The notes beneath the pieces were generated by a model. That model had not been told where the DNA came from and did no database searches. It saw only the letters and a program-made list of their open reading frames with translations. A program made the position numbers and the translations under genes. Shown here in pieces: positions 1-8,301 of a stretch of DNA of 64,000 nucleotides (the first letter of the stretch is position 1; the number at the start of each line of letters is the position of its first letter). The DNA is from Minisyncoccota bacterium (GTDB lineage: Bacteria; Patescibacteriota; Minisyncoccia; Minisyncoccales; JAGOPM01): contig JBAZJI010000001.1 in NCBI GenBank assembly GCA_041651395.1, positions 251,920 to 315,919 on the forward strand, in the 5' to 3' direction.

Positions 1-356
1 TTGAAGAAAATATCAAAAAAGTCGGCGAGGTGCTTGTTGCCAATGGAGCAGAATGCCTTTTACCAACCATGGGGCTAGCCCAAGAGACTATAACGCCTCA
101 AATAGTTTCTAGCCTTGTCTTTGAGCATTTTGAAAAAATTAACGCGGCCGATATTGTTTTAGTGGTAAACCCGGGGGGATATTTTGGCAATTCAGTCAAA
201 ACTGAAATTGGCTACGCTAAGGGTGCGGGGAAGAAAGTGGTTTTCTTGGCCGCGACTGGCCAACCAGAGCTTGATTGTCTAGCTGACCAGATTATCCCCG
301 AGAATGATTTAAGCAATATTGGCACTATACTTGCCCAAAATAATCAAAAAGTATGA
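1..356 (+). CDS. nucleoside 2-deoxyribosyltransferase-like protein, 5' end outside window
   Basis: The frame is open from the window edge, and the track 'M' at 30 is an internal GTG. The C-terminal motif DIVLVVNPGGYFGNSVKTEIGYAKGAGKKVVFL resembles the nucleoside 2-deoxyribosyltransferase-like Rossmann family. Confidence 0.4.
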   Translation, partial: EENIKKVGEVLVANGAECLLPTMGLAQETITPQIVSSLVFEHFEKINAADIVLVVNPGGYFGNSVKTEIGYAKGAGKKVVFLAATGQPELDCLADQIIPENDLSNIGTILAQNNQKV

Positions 357-499
357 GTGATGATTTTGGAGAAGATGATGAGTTAGGCGAATTGATAGAG
401 GAACATGATTTAGATAGCGAACAGGCCGAGTACGCCCAGGAGCTGATTGATGAGGGCTTAAGTGAAGATGAGGCTGCGGAGATTGCTGGTAATGATTGA
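353..499 (+). CDS. small acidic protein (48 aa), absent from the ORF track
   Basis: The ATG at 353 overlaps the upstream stop (ATGA) and the ORF ends at TGA 497-499. The translation is MSDDFGEDDELGELIEEHDLDSEQAEYAQELIDEGLSEDEAAEIAGND, with 21 of 48 residues D/E. I recognise no homology. Confidence 0.3.
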   Translation: MSDDFGEDDELGELIEEHDLDSEQAEYAQELIDEGLSEDEAAEIAGND

Positions 500-610
500 G
501 GATATAGAATTTTTATAAAGGTAAAGCGAAACAGTTTGGCTGGGCCAAATTGGAAATAAAAATAGTTGAGTGAAAATGGCGCTTAGGCGCCATTTTGCTA
601 TAATTATCCT

Positions 611-1228
611 ATGATTATTGCCATTGATGGGCCGGCGGGATCAGGTAAAAGCACAGTCGCTAAACACTTGGCTGTGCGGCTGGGATTTTTTCATCTTAAC
701 TCGGGGCGGCTGTATCGTTGGGTAACATATAATGCACTTAAAAATAATTTAGACACTGCTGATATGGTGGTGGTAGAAAAGCTGGCTAATGGACTTTCTT
801 TTGAAAATATTCTTGACGAGGAATTACACAGCGAAACAATTAATAAACTGGTACCCTTGGTGGCAAAATTTGCGGGCGTAAGAAAAGCAGTATTGGCGCA
901 ACAAAGGCGCTTGGCTGCCGGCCGTGATACTGTGGCCGAGGGCCGGGATATAGGGTCGGTGGTTTTTCCTGAGGCGGAACTAAAAATATTTTTGTCGGCT
1001 AGCGTGGAGGAACGCGCCAAAAGGCGCTTGCAGGAATATGGCGCAATCGGGCGGCAGGAAAGCTTTGAGCAGGTTTTGGAAAAGATAAAAGAAAGGGATT
1101 TGCATGATAGTGAGCGCGAACATTCTCCTTTGGTTAAGGCTGAAGGGGGAATTGAAATTGATACAACCTCATTAAGTGTTGAGCAGGTTTTGGAAAAGAT
1201 AGAAAAATTAGTGGAAAATATCAAATAG
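611..1228 (+). CDS. cmk: cytidylate kinase
   Basis: It has the P-loop IAIDGPAGSGKSTVAK, the GRDIGSVVFPEAELKIFLSASVEERAKRR block, and a typical length of 205 aa. Confidence 0.9.
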   Translation: MIIAIDGPAGSGKSTVAKHLAVRLGFFHLNSGRLYRWVTYNALKNNLDTADMVVVEKLANGLSFENILDEELHSETINKLVPLVAKFAGVRKAVLAQQRRLAAGRDTVAEGRDIGSVVFPEAELKIFLSASVEERAKRRLQEYGAIGRQESFEQVLEKIKERDLHDSEREHSPLVKAEGGIEIDTTSLSVEQVLEKIEKLVENIK

Positions 1229-1392
1229 TTTTCCTTGATTTGATTATCGAGAATTTTTGTTTTTGATTTAATAGTGGGATATAATGGATTTTTGCTGTGA
1301 GTGGGCGTTACGGAGATGCCTTTTTTTATTGCGATTTTATGGTATAACAATGCCAGTTCACTAATAATATAGAACAGAAAGGAGGGGAAGGT

Positions 1393-2403
1393 ATGCCACT
1401 ATCGCAGCAGGAAAGAGGGGAGATAAACAGGCTTTTTGCCGAATTCCGGGAGACGAAAAATGTTGAGTCGATGCAGGAAATCGCACGGCGCTCGCAGGGG
1501 TTGGTAGGTTATACCATCCGCACCTATTTTTCCGCCTCGGCTAGACAGAGCGATTGGGATGATTATTTTCAAGAGGGGTGTTTGGCGCTTATTTTTGCCA
1601 TTAATTTTTGGGATGAGCAAAAAGGCAATTTTGAAGGTTACGCAATAAAAACAATTTACGGCCGGTTGATTCAGTTTTCTTGCCGTTTGGCGACTGGCTG
1701 GCTGGGTATTACATCCGGTGAGAGGGAAAAATTTGTTTCTTTGCGCAAAAAGTATTTGCCGCTTCAGGCTGCTAATTTGCCATTATGGTATATCTGTGAG
1801 CAACTAGATATTGACCGCCGGGGATTGTTTGAGCTGGAATATTATTTGGTAGCTACCAAGCATATCAGGTTGAGCGCTTGCCGCGATCCGGAGAAAATTG
1901 CAGCCTCGAGGCGCAATTTTGAGGAAGAAATGCTGGCCATTTTTGAAGGGGTCCAAGAAGAGCGAAATTATTCAGCCGAGATCGAAGCGGCTTTATTGGA
2001 ACTGCCGATTTCCGAGCGCGACCGGCAAATCTTTGCCAAGCGCTTTGGTCTGCTGGGATTCTTTCGGACTTCTTTGGCTGATATTTCTGCAGAGTATGGA
2101 GTGCAAAGCGTTGCCCAGACTATTCATCTGGTATATGAGCAAATGAAGAAAATATTGGAAATTCGCCAAGCCAAAGATTGGCTCAAAAACAAAATTATTG
2201 AGCTGCCTTTGTCCTTCCGTCGGGTTTTTACGGCTCGTTATGGATTGGATGGTTTGCCGCCCATGGGACATTTGGCGATTGCTAAACATTTTGGCCTCGG
2301 GCAGAAAACTTCTATCCAATATATTAAGCTAGGTTGGAAGCGGTTGGCTGATGACCCCCAAGCGCAGAAAATAAGGGCTATCCTTTGGTGGAAAGATATT
2401 TAA
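1393..2403 (+). CDS. sigma-70 family-like protein with two region-4 HTH copies
   Basis: A strong SD (AAAGGAGGGG) precedes the gene. The region-2-like stretch is FQEGCLALIFAINFWDEQKGNFEGYAIKTIYGRLIQF. Two region-4-like segments follow: ERDRQIFAKRFGLLG...SLADISAEYGVQSVAQTIHLVYEQMKKI and LSFRRVFTARYGLDG...HLAIAKHFGLGQKTSIQYIKLGWKRL. Confidence 0.6.
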   Translation: MPLSQQERGEINRLFAEFRETKNVESMQEIARRSQGLVGYTIRTYFSASARQSDWDDYFQEGCLALIFAINFWDEQKGNFEGYAIKTIYGRLIQFSCRLATGWLGITSGEREKFVSLRKKYLPLQAANLPLWYICEQLDIDRRGLFELEYYLVATKHIRLSACRDPEKIAASRRNFEEEMLAIFEGVQEERNYSAEIEAALLELPISERDRQIFAKRFGLLGFFRTSLADISAEYGVQSVAQTIHLVYEQMKKILEIRQAKDWLKNKIIELPLSFRRVFTARYGLDGLPPMGHLAIAKHFGLGQKTSIQYIKLGWKRLADDPQAQKIRAILWWKDI

Positions 2404-2410
2404 TTTATTA

Positions 2411-2434
2411 CTGCCTCTCCCGGGGCAGTTTTTT
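2411..2434 (+). terminator. rho-independent terminator
   Basis: The stem CTGCCTC/GGGGCAG has a 4-nt loop and is followed by TTTTTT. Confidence 0.7.
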
Positions 2435-2504
2435 CTTGCCAAAACCGCCAATTAAGGGTAGCGTAAAATATCTTTAATAATCTAATCGGGAAAGGAGGAT
2501 TGCG

Positions 2505-3278
2505 ATGAAAAGCTATAGAGGGCTGGGGCCGCTGAAAGTAGAGGAGGAAGAGGAGGCGGTTCGAGAGACTTTTGAATACTGGTCTCGCGCTAAAGAGGGG
2601 TCATTTCTTTGGCATTACGCAAGATTCCTGAAGGCGAGTTTGGCACATAATACAAAAGCGGAAAATGCGGCGATTGCCGCCATGGTTGAAGTTGCCTGCC
2701 CGGAAAACCATACAATAACGGAGACTTTTTGTAGTATTGGGAAGATTGCCTTCATTATCATTACTAGGATTGAAGACAATACATTGCCCAATGGTGCCCA
2801 GCTGCTGGAAAGAGTGATAGCACAAGCCGAGGCCACAAATCCTTCCGAGGAAGAGAAGGAGGTGGTTGAGCATTTCAAAAAGAAACTGGCGCGGATCTCG
2901 GAAAAGGGGAGAGGTGGCTTAACTTATGCCCAAGAGGAGCGCTTCCGAGATATTCAGGAGAAAAAGAACAGGATGCTCAACGGAATGTGCCGGTATCGGG
3001 AAAAACTGCAAGAGTTGATTTTCAAACATGCTTGGGAATGTGGCATTTCTCAAACCGAAATTGAGGTCGTCGAAAATCTTTATGGCCTTAATGGGAAAAA
3101 TTGTATTACTGTTAGCCAAATCAGCGAGTTGTTGAATTTGCGGAAGGTTGTTGTCAGCCTTAACATAAAGAGCTTTTGGGATAAGCTCCAAATTGTTAAT
3201 GATGACCAAAACATTCGGCATATCCTCACTAATATGATAAAGTCGATGCCCGGGAAGTATCGGCAGAGTTCAGAATAA
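2505..3278 (+). CDS. hypothetical protein with C-terminal sigma region-4-like HTH
   Basis: The SD is GGAAAGGAGGA. The C-terminal segment EIEVVENLYGLNGKNCITVSQISELLNLRKVVVSLNIKSFWDKL resembles the region-4 copies of the upstream gene. The N-terminal 170 aa are unrecognised. Confidence 0.45.
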   Translation: MKSYRGLGPLKVEEEEEAVRETFEYWSRAKEGSFLWHYARFLKASLAHNTKAENAAIAAMVEVACPENHTITETFCSIGKIAFIIITRIEDNTLPNGAQLLERVIAQAEATNPSEEEKEVVEHFKKKLARISEKGRGGLTYAQEERFRDIQEKKNRMLNGMCRYREKLQELIFKHAWECGISQTEIEVVENLYGLNGKNCITVSQISELLNLRKVVVSLNIKSFWDKLQIVNDDQNIRHILTNMIKSMPGKYRQSSE

Positions 3279-3290
3279 TAAAATATCAAT

Positions 3291-3317
3291 CCCGCTTAAC
3301 GGCGGGTTTTTGTTTTT
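3291..3317 (+). terminator. rho-independent terminator
   Basis: The stem CCCGC/GCGGG is followed by TTTTTGTTTTT. Confidence 0.7.
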
Positions 3318-3431
3318 GAAAAAGTTATTTTAATGGGTAGAAAGGACAAGTAAGTGTATTAATTGACAAACTATAAATATATGTTACTATATGAATAGCG
3401 AGAAACCGTATTAAAATTTTAAGGAGGATGG

Positions 3432-4058
3432 ATGAACATATTGCAGGAGCTGAGGAGTTGGCGAACAGAACAAAGAATGCAATTTGTAGATTCTTTTTTA
3501 CGCCTACAAATTGGCGGTTTAGCCAAGTGTTTGATGCAGCTGGAGCTTACCGAGGAGCAGAAAATCGAGATGACCGTGAAAAAAATGGTTATCAAAGGGT
3601 TGCTCCACTATTCGCAAACCGAGATTTCCGATACGCTATTTGCTTTGCAGTACATGTGCCAAGTTGGCGGTTGGGATTTCGAGGAGGCTTATAATTTTGG
3701 CAAGCCAAAGTTTGCCGCCAAATTCCCAGACGGTTGTGTAGAAGATGATGAAGAAAGGGTCTTTTTTTACATTGTGCTTTCTGCCTTCATTTCTGACATC
3801 AGCCGCCAGCTATCTCTGTTGCAGCTCTTGCGCGTTGCTCGAAAAAAGTACACGCAAGGGATGACCCGGGCAGCACTCATGAACCAGATTTATACAGACG
3901 TAGCCATGGCCATTGCCTGCACCAGAGAAATTTGCCACATCCTCGATCTTTCGTATTTCGAAACCCTGGAAATGGGCAAGAAGCGTTGGCTAGAAAGGGA
4001 CAATATACAAAAAGGCGTCCCCAGGTTCTTGCGTAACTTCCTCGATTTTCCGAAATGA
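3432..4058 (+). CDS. hypothetical protein (predicted all-alpha)
   Basis: This is a 208-aa ORF with the SD AAGGAGG 4 nt upstream. A promoter-like TTGACA (3363-3368) plus TGTTACTAT lies upstream. I recognise no family with confidence. Confidence 0.5.
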   Translation: MNILQELRSWRTEQRMQFVDSFLRLQIGGLAKCLMQLELTEEQKIEMTVKKMVIKGLLHYSQTEISDTLFALQYMCQVGGWDFEEAYNFGKPKFAAKFPDGCVEDDEERVFFYIVLSAFISDISRQLSLLQLLRVARKKYTQGMTRAALMNQIYTDVAMAIACTREICHILDLSYFETLEMGKKRWLERDNIQKGVPRFLRNFLDFPK

Positions 4059-4066
4059 CAACCAGA

Positions 4067-4091
4067 GCCCCCCGCAAAAGCGGGGCTTTTT
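4067..4091 (+). terminator. rho-independent terminator
   Basis: The stem CCCCGC/GCGGGG has an AAAA loop and is followed by CTTTTT. Confidence 0.75.
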
Positions 4092-4124
4092 CTTCACTTA
4101 AAATATGAGGTATAATCAAAATAT

Positions 4125-4598
4125 ATGAACAAAGATGAATGTTGCCCAAAGTTCGACCCAAGTGGTTGGGAAAATAAAACTCACACTTGGGAGAATAAGT
4201 TATTCATAACTAAAAGTATCCCGCAGTTTTTGCATATGCCCTTGCCTTGGGTTTTTGGGGCGGCGGTGACAAAACTTTGCACGCAAGCGGAAAAGGCTGG
4301 AGCTTTAATGAATGATTCTATGCTCTTGGCCTATGACCCCAGCCCTTGGAAGTCAGAGATATTTTTGAGTGTTTCAAAAGATGTCCCCGGAATGGAGAAC
4401 GTGAAATTAAGCGGAAACTTTATTACCAAAGTTTTTGACGGGCCATATCAGGACGTGCCCAAATGGATTGAGCAAACTGAAAAATATTTGGCCGGGATTA
4501 ATAAAAAATCGAAGAAGTATTATTTTTATTACACCAGCTGCCCAAAATGTGCTAAGAAATGGGGGCATAATTATGTGGTAATATTTGTGCAAGTGTAA
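4125..4598 (+). CDS. conserved hypothetical protein (Cys-containing, cytosolic)
   Basis: This is a 157-aa ORF containing CCPKFDPSGWENK and a C-terminal CPKCAKKWGHNY motif. The function is not recognised. Confidence 0.5.
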   Translation: MNKDECCPKFDPSGWENKTHTWENKLFITKSIPQFLHMPLPWVFGAAVTKLCTQAEKAGALMNDSMLLAYDPSPWKSEIFLSVSKDVPGMENVKLSGNFITKVFDGPYQDVPKWIEQTEKYLAGINKKSKKYYFYYTSCPKCAKKWGHNYVVIFVQV

Positions 4599-4704
4599 AG
4601 CGAAACGGGACCTTAAAAGGGCAGAATAAGCTGCTTTATAGGGCTTGACATGTATGTTAGAATTATATAACATAAATAATGTTAGAAAAATATAACTCTA
4701 AAAT

Positions 4705-5169
4705 ATGACATTCAAACAATATAAAACAGTTCAAATAGCCGTATTAATTCTCATCTCTATTATTTTTAGCCAGACCTTTGCTGCTAACAGCTTGGCACTC
4801 AGCTTGGGCGTGCTTTTGGCCGGAAGTTTATTGCTCTTATTTTTGCGTAAAAGAGTTAAGGAGGTAATCTTGGACGAAATGAGCTATGCGATTGGCGGTA
4901 AGGCAGCATTGGCCGCCATACAAATTTTCTGTTGGTTGGCGGTAATTATGATGCTCGCAGCTAATGCGATGAAGCATTTTAATCCAATTTATGGCACGGT
5001 TTGCAACATCATGGCTTTTTCTGCCTGCCTGCTTATGTTGATTTATTCAGCCTCTTACCAATTTTTCGCTAAAATAAGCTGGAAGGACCCGAAATTGATT
5101 ATTACCTTATTGTTAGTTCTGATATTTTTCTCATTTTTCATTCTTAGCGTATTCGTTAAGCCATTATGA
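4705..5169 (+). CDS. small integral membrane protein (DUF2178-like)
   Basis: It has four hydrophobic segments. Its stop overlaps the start of the downstream XRE regulator, the usual pairing for this membrane-protein family. Confidence 0.55.
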   Translation: MTFKQYKTVQIAVLILISIIFSQTFAANSLALSLGVLLAGSLLLLFLRKRVKEVILDEMSYAIGGKAALAAIQIFCWLAVIMMLAANAMKHFNPIYGTVCNIMAFSACLLMLIYSASYQFFAKISWKDPKLIITLLLVLIFFSFFILSVFVKPL

Positions 5170-5360
5170 AAAATATAATCAAAGAGTTAAGACAAAAGTT
5201 CGGAATAACCCAAGAGCAATTGGCGCAAAAAGTTAGGGTTCGCCGTGAGACGATAGTATTTTTAGAACAAGGAAAATATAACCCGTCCTTGAAACTGGCT
5301 CATGATATTGCCAATTACTTTAATCTAGCAGTAGAGGATGTTTTTATTTTTGGCAGATGA
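5166..5360 (+). CDS. XRE-family helix-turn-helix transcriptional regulator
   Basis: The segment [45 protein letters not shown] is a canonical short Cro/C1 HTH. It has a 4-nt ATGA overlap with the upstream gene. Confidence 0.85.
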   Translation: MKNIIKELRQKFGITQEQLAQKVRVRRETIVFLEQGKYNPSLKLAHDIANYFNLAVEDVFIFGR

Positions 5361-5520
5361 TTTTGGACCCGAGCTATAATTGGCGATGAAGATAAGCCTT
5401 ACCAAAAAGCCTATCAGAAATTTTGTTAAAAGCCGGATATATTTGTCCGGCTTTTGATGTTTTTGGGGTAAGGCCATTATTATTGCTTTACGCTGAGAGG
5501 TGCTATAATTTAAGAAAAAT

Positions 5521-5907
5521 ATGGTGAAAAAAATTATTATCATAGTTTTGGTTCTGGCCGTGGTAATTTTTCTTGGTGGCAGATATCTGAAACAACCATC
5601 CTCGGTGGCGCCAAATAAGCCGGAGGTGCCCGAGAGCCCAAAAGAGAGCGCTTCGCCTAATATAATTTTAGCAGTTTTTAATTGTGATGGAGGAGTGAGT
5701 ATTAAGGCTGAGTTTAATAATAACGAGCCGCAAAAAGTTTCTTTGGAGATAAGCGATGGGCGCAAAATCGAGCTGCCCAGAGCCATGTCTGGCTCAGGTG
5801 CGCGTTATGCCGATGCTCAGGAAAGTTTTGTTTTTTGGAATAAGGGTGACACAGCCTTTATCGAAGAAAATGGGACAACCACAATAAGCGGCTGTCTTGC
5901 AAAATAA
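5521..5907 (+). CDS. MliC-family (lysozyme inhibitor-like) exported protein
   Basis: It has an N-terminal TM/signal segment and a MSGSGARYAD motif matching the SxSGAxY signature of MliC/COG3895, followed by FWNKGDTAFIEENG. Confidence 0.55.
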   Translation: MVKKIIIIVLVLAVVIFLGGRYLKQPSSVAPNKPEVPESPKESASPNIILAVFNCDGGVSIKAEFNNNEPQKVSLEISDGRKIELPRAMSGSGARYADAQESFVFWNKGDTAFIEENGTTTISGCLAK

Positions 5908-6127
5908 TCAAAAGAACATGGAAAAACGGGAGATAGATAAATATTATTTAGGCAAAACCGAAGATATTTATGGCACAGTTCTGGCTGTAACTTGCCCGGT
6001 TTGCGGCAAGGTCTTTATAACCAACGGTGCGACCGATACGGAGGGGCGCCTTTGCCCGGCCTGTAATCGCTCAACCGCTTTTATTGATCAATACGGCGGC
6101 TCCCCCAGGGTGGAATGGGAGGCTTGA
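5897..6127 (+). CDS. small zinc-ribbon protein
   Basis: It has two CxxC pairs (CPVCGKVF ... CPACNRS). The start may instead be the internal ATG at 5918. Confidence 0.45.
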   Translation: MQNNQKNMEKREIDKYYLGKTEDIYGTVLAVTCPVCGKVFITNGATDTEGRLCPACNRSTAFIDQYGGSPRVEWEA

Positions 6128-6132
6128 TTTAG

Positions 6133-6158
6133 AAAAACAGCGCTCAAGCGCTGTTTTT
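6133..6158 (+). terminator. rho-independent terminator
   Basis: The stem CAGCGC/GCGCTG has a TCAA loop, A/T extensions and a TTTTT tail. Confidence 0.8.
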
Positions 6159-6278
6159 GTATATTTACAAAAGCGGGAAAATATCGTAAAAGTAACAAAG
6201 CTTGCCCGAATGCCAAATGGCCGGGAGAACTAAAAGGAGCTTTGGAATCCGTTCTTTTATTTCAGAAAAGGAGGAAAT

Positions 6279-7556
6279 TTGGTCAGGAAATCAAGAGAGT
6301 TTATTGCCCGCGCCTTAGAATCCGTCGGTGAGCGCCTAACGGTCAAAGATTGGATTGCCATTGGTCTCGCAGTTTCCCTCGGTATGGTATTTTTAATAAC
6401 CGGTGGCGCTGCGGCGGGATTTTGGCCATTTCAAGTGGCGCTGCTCGTTCTGGCAGTTTTTTTGCTGATGTATGGATCTGATTGGGTTATTCAGGGTGCT
6501 TCAGTAATTGGTTTGATTTTTGGCATGACCTTGTTTGCTATTGGGGTTTTATTCGTATCTCCCGGGACAACCTTTCCGGAGTTATTTACTAATCTAACCT
6601 CAGTATCAGCGGGCGTTGATAACATTGACTTCGCAATAGGTAATGCGGTCGGAAGCTATACCTTTAATACTCTAGGTATTGTTGGTTGTGCCTCCATGAT
6701 TGTTCTTTGGCCCTTTTTTAGTGAGCGCATCAAGATTTGGTTAAAGAACCGCCGGAGATTGGGCCATAAAAGGCACTCAAAGGAAGCAGAGCAAATTGAG
6801 GGGCCGGCTCAAGTTGATGTTCCGCCGCATGCGGCTACTAAGACATGGTTTGCAATGGGCTCTATTGTTTTGCTCGTGCTCCTAAGTTGGGATGGAATGC
6901 TTACATGGCTTGATGGTCTTATCTTGATTGTGTTTTTTGGTCTTTGGTTATGGTATGTCGCTTGTGACATGAGGCGCGAACAGCGAGGAAAGCCCGCAGA
7001 GGAAAATGAATACCGCCATTTGAGTAAAGAGCAGAAAGGTAAGAAAATTTCCGGAGCAATTTTTGTAATGATTGCCGGATTTGTGTCATTGGTGTTTGGA
7101 GCAAAATTCTTGGTTTCTTCCGCTGCGAGCTTGGCGAAGATGGCTGGCTTTACCGATACTTTTATTGGTCTAACTATTGTGGCAATGGGAACATCCGCTC
7201 CGGAGTTTGCTGTTTCTGTTTCTGCTGTAGCCAAGAAGCGTTATGCTTTAGGTATCGGCAATATTATTGGGGCGGATATCCTTGATATCCTGATGGTTTT
7301 AGGGGCCAGTGCGATCGTGCGCACTTTCATCAGTAAAGCCGGCGTGCCCTTTAATACCAATGCCTTGATTGACTGCGCTGCGGCTTTTGTCGCCATGTTT
7401 CTTTTGTGGCTTTCCTTGGCGGTGCTTAGGCCAAAGTATAAACTTACTTGGCAAAAGGGATTGTTTCTCTTTTTGCCTTATGTAGTCTATGTGCTTTATT
7501 TGCTTGAACGCGATGGCTCGATCAATTTGCTTAAAGGATTAATCGGTCCGTTATAG
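6279..7556 (+). CDS. Ca2+/Na+ antiporter (CaCA / YrbG-like) family membrane protein
   Basis: It has a TTG start 6 nt after AAAGGAGGA. The two alpha-repeat motifs are GTTFPELFTNL and GTSAPEFAVSVSAV, followed by GNIIGADILDILMVLG. It is multi-pass hydrophobic. Confidence 0.8.
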   Translation: MVRKSREFIARALESVGERLTVKDWIAIGLAVSLGMVFLITGGAAAGFWPFQVALLVLAVFLLMYGSDWVIQGASVIGLIFGMTLFAIGVLFVSPGTTFPELFTNLTSVSAGVDNIDFAIGNAVGSYTFNTLGIVGCASMIVLWPFFSERIKIWLKNRRRLGHKRHSKEAEQIEGPAQVDVPPHAATKTWFAMGSIVLLVLLSWDGMLTWLDGLILIVFFGLWLWYVACDMRREQRGKPAEENEYRHLSKEQKGKKISGAIFVMIAGFVSLVFGAKFLVSSAASLAKMAGFTDTFIGLTIVAMGTSAPEFAVSVSAVAKKRYALGIGNIIGADILDILMVLGASAIVRTFISKAGVPFNTNALIDCAAAFVAMFLLWLSLAVLRPKYKLTWQKGLFLFLPYVVYVLYLLERDGSINLLKGLIGPL

Positions 7557-7576
7557 GCGCAAACGCGCCTTTTTTG
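7555..7576 (+). terminator. rho-independent terminator
   Basis: AGGCGC-AAAC-GCGCCT is followed by TTTTTT and overlaps the stop codon. Confidence 0.8.
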
Positions 7577-7588
7577 TTATGATTAGTT

Positions 7589-7831
7589 ATGTATTTTATT
7601 TATATCGTAGAATGTAAAGATAAAACTTTATATTGCGGTATAACCACTGATTTACAGCGCCGCCTTGCTGAGCATAATAATTCTAAATTGGGGGCCAAAT
7701 ATACGAGGGCCCGCCGGCCCGTAAAATTAGTTTATTCGCGGAAATTCAAAACCCGCGCGGCGGCTTGCCGCGAGGAGGCTAGAATCAAGTCTTTGGATAG
7801 GCAAAGCAAAATTGCGCTTTTGCGCTTTTGA
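7589..7831 (+). CDS. GIY-YIG nuclease superfamily protein
   Basis: The sequence YFIYIVECKDKTLYCGITTDLQRRLAEHN is a textbook GIY-YIG/URI N-terminus, and the 80-aa length fits. Confidence 0.85.
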   Translation: MYFIYIVECKDKTLYCGITTDLQRRLAEHNNSKLGAKYTRARRPVKLVYSRKFKTRAAACREEARIKSLDRQSKIALLRF

Positions 7832-7920
7832 AAATATTTTTTTATGATATCCTTATTGAACCGTTATTATTATGAAAACGGCCCAAGGTTACTTTGGTCC
7901 TAAAACGCGACTCTTTATTA

Positions 7921-8277
7921 ATGGAAAGTGATTTTTTTGTCAGTAAAAAACAAATAAGGCCCGGCAAAAAACTTTCCTTGCTTAAGGATAAGGTTTTTAA
8001 TTTTTTGAAAAAAATTCCCAGAGGTAGGGTGGTGACTTATGGCCTGGTGGCCAGATATTGCCAGGTGCCCAACCCGCGCAATGTCGGGTGGATTTTGCAG
8101 CAAAATGTTGATGAAAAAATTCCTTGTTATAAAGTCGTGGGCTCGCTTGGGCGCCTGACCTATGGCTATAAGTTTGGCGGCAAAACTTGGCAGAAAAAGT
8201 ATCTGGCTGAAGAAGGAATAGAATTTAATGAAGATGATTCAATAAAAAATTTCAAAAGTATCGTTTGGAAACCATGA
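7921..8277 (+). CDS. MGMT-family (methylated-DNA-protein-cysteine methyltransferase DNA-binding domain) protein
   Basis: It contains IPRGRVVTYGLVA and a PCYKVV motif corresponding to the PCHRV active-site region. I prefer the ATG at 7921 to the track's TTG at 7894. Confidence 0.7.
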   Translation: MESDFFVSKKQIRPGKKLSLLKDKVFNFLKKIPRGRVVTYGLVARYCQVPNPRNVGWILQQNVDEKIPCYKVVGSLGRLTYGYKFGGKTWQKKYLAEEGIEFNEDDSIKNFKSIVWKP

Positions 8278-8280
8278 AAA

Positions 8281-8300
8281 AATCCGCGGAAAGGCGGATT
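8281..8300. terminator. hairpin between convergent genes (best as terminator for the minus-strand gene)
   Basis: The hairpin is AATCCGC-GGAAAG-GCGGATT. An A-run on the plus side gives a T-run on the minus strand. Confidence 0.6.
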
Positions 8301-8301
8301 A

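Noticed and set aside
691-1350. 219-aa minus-strand ORF
   Set aside because: It lies entirely antisense to the well-supported cmk gene. It has low-complexity S/K/L-rich composition and no RBS. It is a shadow ORF.
3428-3694. Alternative 88-aa ORF starting 4 nt before the 208-aa ORF
   Set aside because: It is in a different frame and much shorter. Its ATG abuts the SD with no spacing. The 3432 frame gives the longer, coherent protein.
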